NCBI RefSeq assembly: GCF_021028975.2
Contig: NC_059432.1
Coordinates: 41,540,001-41,604,000, forward strand
From: Sphaerodactylus townsendi
Taxonomy: Eukaryota
Reading direction: 5' to 3'
DNA: 64,000 nucleotides
The notes beneath the pieces are model-generated. The model was given only the letters and a program-made list of their open reading frames with translations. It had not been told where the DNA came from and searched no databases. Position numbers and translations under genes: made by a program. Shown one piece after another: positions 50,851 to 61,871 of the stretch. The first letter of the stretch is position 1; each line of letters starts with the position of its first letter.

Positions 50851-53538
50851 TCCTCCTCCTCCTCCTCCCTCTCCCTCGTGTATTGTATGTGTGTGTATCT
50901 GTGTTTCCACTTCCACTCGAAAGTGAGCTGCCTATGCATGCTCAGTTTCCACTTGCTCATCTTTGGCCCATCCTTGAGTAGAACAATTCCTAAGCGCATC
51001 TTGGAACAATTTCCTGTAAAGAGGTGAGCCAGATTTACACTACAGGCCCCTCCCTACTCTTTCCAACCAGGGAGCGCCAGGAAAAAGGCGTTTTTACCTG
51101 GGCCAGGTATGAAATTTCAGGTATGTGAACATCTGAAAACACTCTCGCCTGACTGACTATAGTGGCTGGGAATTTTCAGAGGAATTGGCCCAGCAGTTAC
51201 TGAGGTACCCTGTCATCAACACATACACGGTTAGCTTTTTATATATATAGATAAAGGTCTTTGAATTGAATTGGCCGCAGCTCTACAAAGTCTTTCCCAG
51301 TCCTGCCCACCTGCTTTCCTTTGAGCAAAAGATGGCAGGAACCAAACCTGAAACTTTTTTATTCATAAAAGGCATGTCCAGCAAAACTTTGGGATTCCTT
51401 CATAAGAAGACTGGGGCAATTATTTTGGTTCTCACACTTGGATACAATTGCCACACACTTTTATTTAGCCCTTCAGTAATAGTTCTTCTCAGAGGCGTAC
51501 CAGGAAAAAATGGCTCCCAGGGCAATAACTGCTCCAGGCGCCCCCCCCCACCTCCACACCGTCTCCACACACCCCCTCACTGCCCCCATGTCCCTATTAG
51601 CTACTGGTTCTTATCACAGGATCCCCTGTATTGATCTCACTGAAAGCCTTTTGTGAAACAGTTGAGTAGAATAGATTTTTGAGAAATAATGTGCTCCTGA
51701 AAGCAGGGTTCCACCAAACCCCCACCCCACCCCCATATTCTAGAGTTGCCTTTTAAAAAAATTTATAAAATATCAGTCTGCCTGTAAATTACAATTTTTC
51801 CCTAGTGATAAAAGCAAGCTAGGAAGAAACTATAATCCACAAATGTCCTAAACAGGCAGAACAAGAAATAGCAACCACAGTTTGTGTTCTGGTTGGTAGG
51901 AAAATGCTGAAAACCACAAGGGAAGTTATCTAAACAGCATTATTGATCAGAGCCAAAACCTGCAGAACCACATATTAGCAATTCACTATTAAGAAACAGG
52001 AACAACAGCAATATGCCATCTATTGAGTGTGTGTGCAAGCAACAAGCAAAGGACATTTTTGCAGCAAGAGAAAGCTTTGCAGAACCAAAAGAAGTCCAAC
52101 TTGATTGTTGTAAGAACAAGTTTACATATGACTCACTGATACCATTAAAATACAAAAAATGCACTCCTGGAACTTTGAAGGAATTTCAAGCAGGATGTGT
52201 TGGGCTTGGTAGCTCATGTTGGATTTCAATATGTGGTGTATCCTGTAAAGGTGGGGAAGCAGTTGTAAGGCTGATTCGTTCTTATGAATGCATCATGCTG
52301 TATGCTTAGGACTTACTTCAGATTTATGAGAAGTAGGGCATTACTGGGGACCTAGTAGCCTAAATGTTGCTCCATAATTATAGATTTTGGTAGTTTCAAA
52401 ATACAGCACCAAAGCTGAGAACTATTAGAAACAATTCAAGCATCCTGTAAAGAAACCAGAGTCATTCCGATTTATAGCTACAACACAGTCATGATTTTCA
52501 GTGGGCACTTTTGTTCAGAGAGAAAAGGCAGTTAGGAAGGGTTAACTCGTGTTCAAATATTCTCGTGTCCAAAGACACAGCTTAAAATGGGCAGGCAAGA
52601 TGCGACCTGACCCTCAAATTATTCTTGCTCTCTAACATGAACAGAGGGTTTGCATAATTAATTGGTTTTTGTATCTCTTTTTTTATCAAACATCATTCAA
52701 AGGATTTTTCAACCATGCAATTTGTAAGGGGAAAGCTCCTCACTCATGCTGTCCTGTGAGAAAGGATTCAAGAATTTTTACCACAGAACAACTGCCTCAG
52801 GGCAACTGTTCAGCATGTGCCAAAGACCTGCCCGGGTCTTTGGGTAGTAGCAATGCTGAGCCCTGGGCTGTAAACCAGCATTCCAAACTCAAAAATGATT
52901 TTTTTATATTTTTGTATTTTTAAAAAAGGGAATGGTTGTAAAGCAGAAATGTAAAAAGCATACAGTGAACACAAAATCATCAGGTGCATTTCAGGAATAC
53001 AATAAAACAATGAATATGGCTTTGTTGTTAGAAAGAATACTTGCAAAGAAACTATGATAGAAATTCTCAGTCCATGTGCAAAGTTCTTCAAATAAAGTAG
53101 AGGCAGAGATTAAACAAAGAAAAGAAAAGATAACTGGTAGCACTGAGTAATTAATTTATGCTAGCCACATCAAATGATCATAAGTGAACCAATCAGACTA
53201 CACTATGGTCCAAACATGATTCTCAAAAATAGGTTTACCCTTCCCCTCCTTCTTCCTAAAAGGAAAACTCATACAATTAGCCACCAAGAAAGCAGTTACA
53301 GCTGAAAGAAAATAATGAAGATGATTTCAGACCAGCTAATTGAACTGATGACCATGGAGTTAAGCGCACTGATCTCCAAACGCAGACACCTGCCTTCTGA
53401 GCTAGCTATGGTGAGAAAGCAGAAAGGATTTTTTGTAGGCTTTGCATTGCTCAAGATGGAGTCTCCCTGGATATAACAAAGAAGTCATTCTCTTGACAGC
53501 AGACCATGGAAAAAACAGAGAGTAGACAGAGGTTTGTG

Positions 53539-54071
53539 TGTCACGTCTGTCCTTATGCTTGTTACCGCGCTGCTCAGGTAACTTTTACAGGCTCCAAGGT
53601 ACCCAGCTCTTGGCAGCGCCCAGGAACCCAAGCAAGACCCGACACGACAAGTATAATAAAAGAGAAGGTTTACTGAGATGCTGACCTAAGTGTCAGCACC
53701 TCCGTTCCACACGGCCACTGCGCTGCCTAGCAGCCTTACAACATCTTAAATACATTTCCTCCCGTCGGAAGCCCGGGAGAACTCAAGACAGCCCACCACC
53801 ATTCATTAACAAAATTCAAAACCACCAATCATGCATTTGCGACATGCAGGGACCAATCAGAGTTCGATAGGCATTTCCTTCTTGGGTTTCGCGCCAGAGT
53901 AGAGGCGAAAGCGGTCGACGTCAGGGGGCGAGGGCGCTTTCCCCCGGAGATCTTCTTTTGTGTCGTCCATCAGGGGGGCCTTTATTACCGTGAAAGGGAT
54001 CGCGAAGCTCAGGTGCGGGGCTGGAGGACTCCTGCCCTTGAGCCAAGGAGGTCTTCCTTGCGCCAGTCACA
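53539..54071 (-). mobile_element. Putative solo LTR, CpG-rich
   Basis: TG...CA ends; on the minus strand, CCAAT boxes (as ATTGG), TATTTAA (~53750) and AGTAAA (~53670) occur in U3-R order; no clear TSD. Confidence 0.4.
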
Positions 54072-54679
54072 GATATTATGAGAAACCACTACAAATCCTA
54101 TTTCCTATCTAATACAGTTGACTTCTACCTACCTAACACAGAAATAAAACATAGTTTAATCCTTAGCCAAACAAAAATCCAGAAGTGGGACGAATTTACT
54201 TCTGGCTCCGCTATCATTTTGATCCTCCAGCTGCCTAACCTCTTGCCTCATGTCAAGGTAATCGTTTGCCTAAGGCACCCAAAATTTTGTACAGTCTAAC
54301 GTAATGCAGAGCTGCAATCCTATGCACACACTCACCTGTGTGAGTAATCCCCACTGAATACAGGTGAACTTAAGTTCAAACAGACATGTCTGAATTTCTG
54401 CTACATACCACCTTTGCAGCACTTTAAGGCGCTTACAGCCCCGAGCTGGAAACCACCACCAATATCTTTTTTTCTTGCATTATAACTAGCCTGAAGAAGA
54501 GTTCTAAGACAGCTGAAAGCCTGCTCAATACTGCGTGAAGTTTTGGTTGTTACCGTTCCTTGTAGAAACCCCCAAAAGAACACCTGCGTTTTTGGAGTTA
54601 TTAATACTCTCTGCTTCAGGACAGCGCCCTAGAAGGAACTGCAGAGATCAAATTAAGCTTTTTTAATGAGCCCCACAAA

Positions 54680-54938
54680 CACGAAATTGGCGCGTTATCC
54701 TGGCGCGCTAATCTATGGCTTTAAAAAAGCGCTCTCACTGCTGTGACGCCCGCCTTCTAATGCACAACCCCGCGAAGGCGAAAAGCGCTCATTATTTTCG
54801 CGCCGTTAGTTCACCAGGATTGGCTGCGCAAAGAAAGGGGCGGGGCTACCGATGCACCACCCCAAAAAAAAGCGGGGGGAGAGGGGCTGTACGTGGAGAC
54901 GGAGCAGCTGCGTGTTCGGGACCTGGTTGTCGGGAGTC
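54680..54938 (+). promoter_or_regulatory. CpG-island promoter with E2F-like, CCAAT and GC-box motifs
   Basis: TTGGCGCG ~54687, TGGCGCGC 54701, TTTTCGCGCC 54795, GATTGGC 54818, GGGGCGGGG 54837. Confidence 0.7.
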
Positions 54939-54998
54939 ATGAGTGTGCTGGCGGAGCGGCGACGGCGGAGCGAGTTGTACCTGCCCCAGCCGGAGTGC
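54939..54998 (+). CDS. C10orf143: Probable first coding exon of the C10orf143 orthologue (MSVLAERRRRSELYLPQPEC)
   Basis: ATG in a CpG island, 20 codons, then consensus donor GTAAGT at phase 0. The Arg-rich N-terminus resembles human C10orf143 as I recall it, and the divergent position upstream of GLRX3 matches human synteny. Downstream exons were not found in the window. Confidence 0.6.
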
Positions 54999-55706
54999 GT
55001 AAGTCTCCCGCAGACGGAAAGTGGTCTATAGTACTCCAGGAGGAGGAGGGGATGCGCACGGCAGAGCGGCTGCCTGGCCTGACGTGTATTGTCCCGAGCA
55101 TGCTCCGTAACATCTGCTGAAGCCACAGCTCTGGCTTTATTTTTTTTCTTTTGCCCATGTCACTTCTTCAAGGAGGGTACTTTGGGGAGAGGGAAAGAAA
55201 AGAGCTGATGCCAACGCCAGGCTGGATTTTGCAGAAGGCCGGATGCCTAAGAGCAGTGCATGAGAAACGAAACCAAAACTGATAGGGCAGGGAGAAGAGT
55301 TCAGAGTTTTATTCGTATCCCAGGTTGCATCCTAAACACATTTGGAAATGCCTCATTGAATTGAGTGCGACTTCAGCTCTTTAAGGATCAGGTTACTAGT
55401 CTTGCAAGACAATCTTTGTGGCTGTGCCCCAGGAATACTTTTTTTTTTTAAGTGCAAGGTTCAAAAGAATTATCTGACGTAACTGACTGCGTTCTTAAAA
55501 GAACTTTGTTCTGCTGGAATATCTGTGCAGACTAACTTCTTGCATAGCAAAAATATGCAAGCATCCTTTAAGTAGCTATGGAGAAGTCCTAGTTGTACAC
55601 AGTTCCATCTTGGGCTTAAGCCTTCAAAGCAGCATTTTTATTTGTAATGTGGTTTTACTCATTTTTTTTTCAAACTGCAAACACATTATTACTTAAGCAC
55701 AATACA

Positions 55707-55893
55707 GGCTCTGGTAGGTTTTCCTGGCTGTGTGACTGCGGTCTGGTGGATCTTGTTCCTAACATTTTGCCTGAAGATGCCAACCACAGATGCAGGTGAA
55801 ACGTTAGGAACAAGATCCACCAATCCTCGGCCACACAGCCCAGAAAACATACCAGAACCAGTTGAATCTGGCCATGAGAGCCTTCGACAATAC
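55707..55893. mobile_element. Penelope-like fold-back fragment
   Basis: Inverted arms 55707-55770 / 55795-55860 plus terminus GCCTTCGACAATACA. Confidence 0.8.
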
Positions 55894-58800
55894 AGGTAGT
55901 TTTCACTTCTCGGGTATGCTTGATTTTAAATGATCAATGCAAGTAGCTAGCAGGAAGCCAGAAGAATATTACCCTTCCCACTCCAGTTCTTCATCAAGCA
56001 CCAGACACAGGGAAATCCAGGAGCTCTGAGGACATGGCAACTGAATGTTTTTATCGCCAAAGGCCACTTTCTTAGTCTCTACAATAACTTCAGGACCAAA
56101 GGAGAGTTTGTTCTCCCTTCCTGGGAGTCCTGAAGTTGAGAATTGCAGCGACTTTCCTTGGAGTTGACCCCAGCAGATGAAAGTCAGTATCTGTGTCCAT
56201 CCCTTGAACACAAGATACTGTAGGTTTGTGCTGGAGAGTGGGTTCCTAAACCCATCGTAACTAAGAGTCCATCTTAGTATTGATACTTACTGGGGTTTCA
56301 TTGTGAGTCATAATGCTGGGTTTCTAGAACTGCAGGTGTGTCATTTGTCACTTTGAAAAAGCATAGGCCTGGTATAGATCAGGATTGCAGTAAGAGAAGA
56401 AAGGTTTAACACTTTCTACAGCATCATTTGCCCAAATGGAAATGGCCTCTCAAGCCACATTAAGGCCTAGTAGGAACCAAAAAAAAAGATTTTGGAAGCC
56501 AGATTATATGCTGGGAGTTTCAGTATCTGCATTCCAACTCTTAGGTAAAGTTAGGCTGGAGTTCAAATTGAAGATAGTAGGGACATGCATATTGAAATTC
56601 TATCCTGCACTTTTTATTTTGGCTTATTCAACCTTATAGCTAATTGGCTTAAAATATTAACTATGCAATCCATGCAAAATCACTCTAATGTAAACCCATT
56701 GGAATAAATGGTTTTAGAGGGCAGAAGATCCACATAGGGTTTCACTGCGAGTCCTAAAAATATAGAATTGGGAGGGGAAAAAAGACTCTTTGATTCATAA
56801 ACTCATGCACTAGTACCAGGACTCTTAGACTTGAAACATCCATGACTAATATTTTTAGTGCTTCTTCAAGCATCAAGTCATTCTACATCACCTTCCCAGA
56901 AATGCTGCCCATTCATCAGAACTTGCCACCCTACAAGAAGCTAGATTCTGGCAAGGAAATTTCATGAGCTGTCATGGATGGGAGAATGTAGAAATATGTA
57001 GTAGCTTGAATATACATAAATGTCAAGAATCATCACCCTGTTATAAATTTAGAGGGAAGATGCTTCTGACACAGTACTCTATCAGTCCAAAGGCAGTAGG
57101 ATAAAGGTTCAAGTTGCAGGATGGATTGTATGCATAGGAGAAAAAGTATTTCCCATTGCTGAAAAATATCCCCAGTTGCTTGGACACATACACATTTTTT
57201 GCTTTTGATGTTGAAATATTTAAATTGTAGAGTTACCACTTTCACCTTCTTGGACAGGGTAGGCTATCATGAGGATAGAAGAAAGTGTGTGGAAAATTGC
57301 TAGCAAATTTTGTCCCATATTACTAAAAGATGCCCTTCTGGCTTGGACTTTTTCCAGTCTGTTGGAACCTAAACCTGCAAAGTTCATTGGGAACTGCTAT
57401 GCCATCTTTAAACCCTTGTAAATCTCTTTGAGGTCAATCAACTAATTAAAATTGCATTGCTAATCTATATTATGGGGATCATCATCTGTTTGTTTGATTT
57501 TATGAAAGCTTCTTTTGAGTATGGAAAAAATACCCTCCCCCCCCCAAAAAAAAGCTGCTACTGCCCCCAGCAGTGTACCAATTTTTATTCTATCCTAGAC
57601 ACAGAAGATGGGCTTGGAAGAACACCAGAAATGATGCTATCAACTAAGCAGCATAGATAAAAATCTTAAGAACTAAACTCTTTTTTTTAAAAAAAGAAAA
57701 AGCCTGAAAGAGATCTTTTCATGATCTTTTTCTAGGTCTGCCAGGGCTGCATAAGATCCTGTGCAGCAGCCAAGAGTTACCAATAATTCAGAAGCTACTG
57801 GTTGGAGACTTCTGCTGTATAATCTGCCACAAAAGTCAGTTCCAATTACAACAGTGTATTTTGTGAGGTATTTCTGAGAACTGTTACCACATACTAGATT
57901 TTTCTTAGCCCTCTAGTGTTAATAGCTCAACATTACTGAGGCCAGTCTTCAGATTTTACAGGCAAGTGCTTTCATTTATGTGGAAGTATCTGAAGGAAAA
58001 GCTCTTAATGGATAGAGTTTTTAAATTTTGTGTGTGTATGTGTATTCCAAGCCCATTTTTAAGAGAATATAATTTGGAATTTAAATGCAGCAGCATACTT
58101 GTGACAGGAAGTTGAAGTCACCAGTGACTTCACTATACACTAATTTTTGCCAAGCTTGATGTCCCTGTATCTTTTTTCCTAAAGTGTTTTTCAGCTAGCT
58201 TTATAGTGTAATTAAATCTATCAGTGCAATGGCATGTGCTTGTTAAAAGAGCCACCTTTGGTACTTAATTGTAGTTAGCCATCATTTGCTTTATTAAAAG
58301 GGCATTTGCAAATATACAACATGGCAGGCAAATCCTCCAGGAATTGAACCCACTATCTTCAAAACCCACGCACAGCTCTAACTTTCCCTTTGGCTGAAAA
58401 GGGCTGGACATGTTTCCCCTCTAGAGCCTATTAAAACCACTCTGTTAAGTGACCAGAGGCTGTTAACGCATTAATGACATTAGTGGCTCCTTTTTCTTTA
58501 GGGACTTTACACAAAGCCTTTACCCCCTCCAACCTTCTCTTTCTCTCTTTTTTTTGGTGACACTAATAGCGTTTCTACAGAGGATTAGATTTGTTGGCTA
58601 TGCTGATTGGAATAATGCAAGCTAATGCCGTCCTCATTTTCCATGTCTGTCTAAAGGCCATCTTCTTTAATGCTTTATATTCAGTAGAGTGAGTTTTAAT
58701 ATCACCCTTAAGGGGTGATTGGTCTTATCTGCAGCTTTTGAGATCAGAGTTGGTAATTGGTGTCTCCTTTAATTTTTATCCCACTGATACACTTAGCTAA

Positions 58801-60399
58801 GAAAGTGCTTCCAGCCATATGGTAATGTGGCTGTACCGGAGAGAGTGAAGACTACCTATCTCAGTTTGTCCCTCCAGTCAAACAGTATATTCTGTGGAGA
58901 AAGAACCAAACCAAAAAAAATTGAGCTGAGGAAAAAGAAGAGCAGGTTCCAAGACTTCCAAAAAATATTACGGACAGCAAAAGGAAAGCATTAGCAGTCA
59001 CTTCTGGACAAGAATCTCAGTTCCCACCCCAATGTGTGCTGCTAAATAAAGCGTTACTTGAAATTCAAAATTACTGTGATTCCGCCAGCCCCCTGTTTTT
59101 GCCACGCAGTTCCTAGTTGAGAAAAACAAATATGTGAAGAGTGTGCTGGGTGAATAAGGGATCTCACACAATAGCAAGAGAGGAAATGAGAAAGAGCTTT
59201 ATGGCACATCAATGGCTAATAGATTTATCAGAGCATGAACTTCCATTGACTAGAGTCTGCATCATGAGATGAATAAAGTGTGTCTTCATTTGGCACGTGC
59301 ATGAAGAAAAATTGTAAACAATAGGATCAAAATGCAATGACGTGCAGAAGATAACAGCAAGTGCCATTTCTATGCAGAACACAAATATATGCAAGATAAA
59401 CTCAGTGACTATTCATAACGGTAGTAATCGGTCGCAACACAATCTTGCTTTATGGACTAACCAAACTCCTATAGTTTGAAAGAAACCCGTAAATGAGTTG
59501 CCAGGTGGGTTTGTTGCAGGACCTACAATCTATTCCACAGAAAGATGATAGTTTGGTCAGATGAGAAAATGGTGTTCTTCCACATTAGAATATAGTCCCA
59601 AACAAATATGAGAATGATCATTCACTTTCATGCACTGCCTTTGTCAAAACCATTGTTTTGTGCATTATTGAACATAGTACTTTGATACAAGATCATCAAT
59701 TATGCCAAAATGTATTTTACTTTCAAATAAATGCGGGGAGCAGGGCTAAGTAGGCACTAGGACCCCAACAGAGCATTCTACAACAAAGAAGGTCTGGCAG
59801 CGTTGTAGTGGTTAAGAGCAGGTGGATTCTAATCTGGAGCCAGGTTTGATTCCCCCACTCCTTCACCTGAGTAGCAGAGGTTGATCTAGTGTACCAGATC
59901 TGTTTCCGCACTCCTGCATTCCTGTGGAAAATGGATCTTGAGTTTTGCACCCCCCACCCCATCAGGGAAGCCACCCTCCCCCACCATGACCAAACAACAT
60001 TTTTTACACCAGGTCATCTCAAAGTCACCATCACATTATAGAACATGCCCCAACACACAAATCTGAGCACACCCAGGGCTCCATAGTTTAAACAACATTG
60101 AAAGTGATGTTTAGATTAAGGGATTAAAGAAAATACAGGCATGTGAGAAAAAAAATGGCCCGTGCTTATGTCAGGTATGTAAATGATAGTTAACCTGCAA
60201 GAAGCAAATCTGGATCATCAGGGTGCAGCCTCTCACAGTGCTGCTAGTTTTCTCATGTGTGCAATAAAACACCTACTCGCTTGTCAACAGTACTGCACAG
60301 AAATACAGAGGTCATGTAGAAGACTTTAGATACATTAATATTCATGTTCTGTTTGCAAAAGAGTTGAGTGATTGACTTTCAGTCGGAATTGCACTTCAA

Positions 60400-61200
60400 T
60401 GTAAAGTATAAAGATTTTAAAGCCAGTCTACTTCAGCTGTCAGGATTGTTGATTAGACTGGGAAGGTGCTTTCTGAGTAGGATCTTGCAGTTTTCAGTTG
60501 TAGTGCTGGGGAAAGAAGTTGTTTTAACTAAGCCTGACTGCCTTCGGTGAGTTCATTTGAACAGAGTGTCTGTTTATATTTTTCTACAGTTCTGTCAAAG
60601 TGGTTTCTCTGGGAAACTATCAGAGCCATGAATCAGCTTGTAGAAGTTCTGTTCTGTGGGTTACTCAAGTTTGTTCAAGTGAAAGCTAAAGCATTCACCC
60701 TATTCCCAAGGACTGAGGAGAGCAACTTTTTCCCCTCTCCTGCATCATTCCCTGTTTCTCTTGTTCTATTAATACAGATTTAATTTCATTATAGATTCTG
60801 GTGGCAGACATGTTTTGGAATTGATCAGTTGTTAGACCTATGTTGTTGAGCTTCTTATCTATGTCTGCTAGCCATTTTACAGACACAGATTCTGACAGAA
60901 GTTGATATAAAAGACTGGTAGGACTAGTCTCGAAATGAATTCATGTCCAGTATCTGAAAGCTCTTGTCCATGCCATCAGTTCCATGTTATTTTGCCCAGT
61001 TTCTCTACATTAAGGTGACATATGAGACACACCTTGGCGACCCCAGAATTTTTCGTAAGAAATATGATTGTACAGACTCAAGGGATGGCTTAACTTGGGT
61101 GATCCATATTGGAGCTCCATATAGTAACTGAGGGATGATCTTAGCATTAAAAATTCTCAGTGCAGCAGGAACAAACGGATGCCCTTTAGAGTAAAAAAAT
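60400..61200 (-). mobile_element. Second fragment of a related LINE family
   Basis: Minus strand reads FFYSKGHPFVPAALRIFNAKIIPQLLYGAPIWI, homologous to the 48200-48300 segment. Confidence 0.7.
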
Positions 61201-61871
61201 GGAGAAGATTCTCTTAATGTTAATGGCAGTATCCATAATCAGAATTCTGTACTGGTCTGTTGTTTCCATTCCATGAGATGTTTCCAATGCTGTTAAATTT
61301 CAGAATAATTTTGGAATTCTCTATAGAAACTTTGGCAGGGTTCTGCTTATCTTCATATAAGCCAGCTTCTGTATATTCTGAATTTCTATCTCTCATAATA
61401 AGTGTCTTAGACCCAATGCAGTAGTCTGTTTTTGATTAGCAAATTTTCTAATACACAACAGTACATTACTTTTCCCTTTTATTCTTCATCTTGTGCATCT
61501 TGCTAGTTGTGCTACCTGTACTTGCGTGCTATAGCTTTTAATAAAGGACAAATTCTGCAGTAATAAAGGAGATGGATGTTTTCCCAGTGGAAGGCAGCCT
61601 GCCTTCAGAGAGCCTTTTCTTTTTTATTATTACAGTTTGTACAGTTTTAATATAATACATATTTTGTTTCTGTTTCACTTCCCTTAGATGTTTTGTAATT
61701 CTCTCTCAATGGTCTTCTTGTTTCAGCCTTTCTCCTTGGAGATTCTTCTTGTATTGATCCACTTTGGTTTTAACCTAACAGGATTGTTTCTGGTTTTATT
61801 CAAATGTTAAATGCAGCCTCCATCTTTTAAGACTCTATATAGCTTGAAGACAAGTCTCCTGTTCATGAAAG

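Larger units (their letters stand above)
49112..51251 (-). mobile_element. Non-autonomous Helitron carrying nested repeats
   Basis: On the minus strand: A|TCTATATATATAAAAAGCTAAC ... GCCACAGCAACGCGTGGC..CTAG|T; no TSD. Confidence 0.85.

Noticed and set aside
57730-57870. Good-looking acceptor TTTTTCTAG|G as a possible downstream exon
   Set aside because: The phase-0 frame stops after 16 codons, with no recognisable similarity
60306-60329. CAG|RSCRRL as a possible C10orf143 exon 2
   Set aside because: In-frame stop after six codons and no polypyrimidine tract
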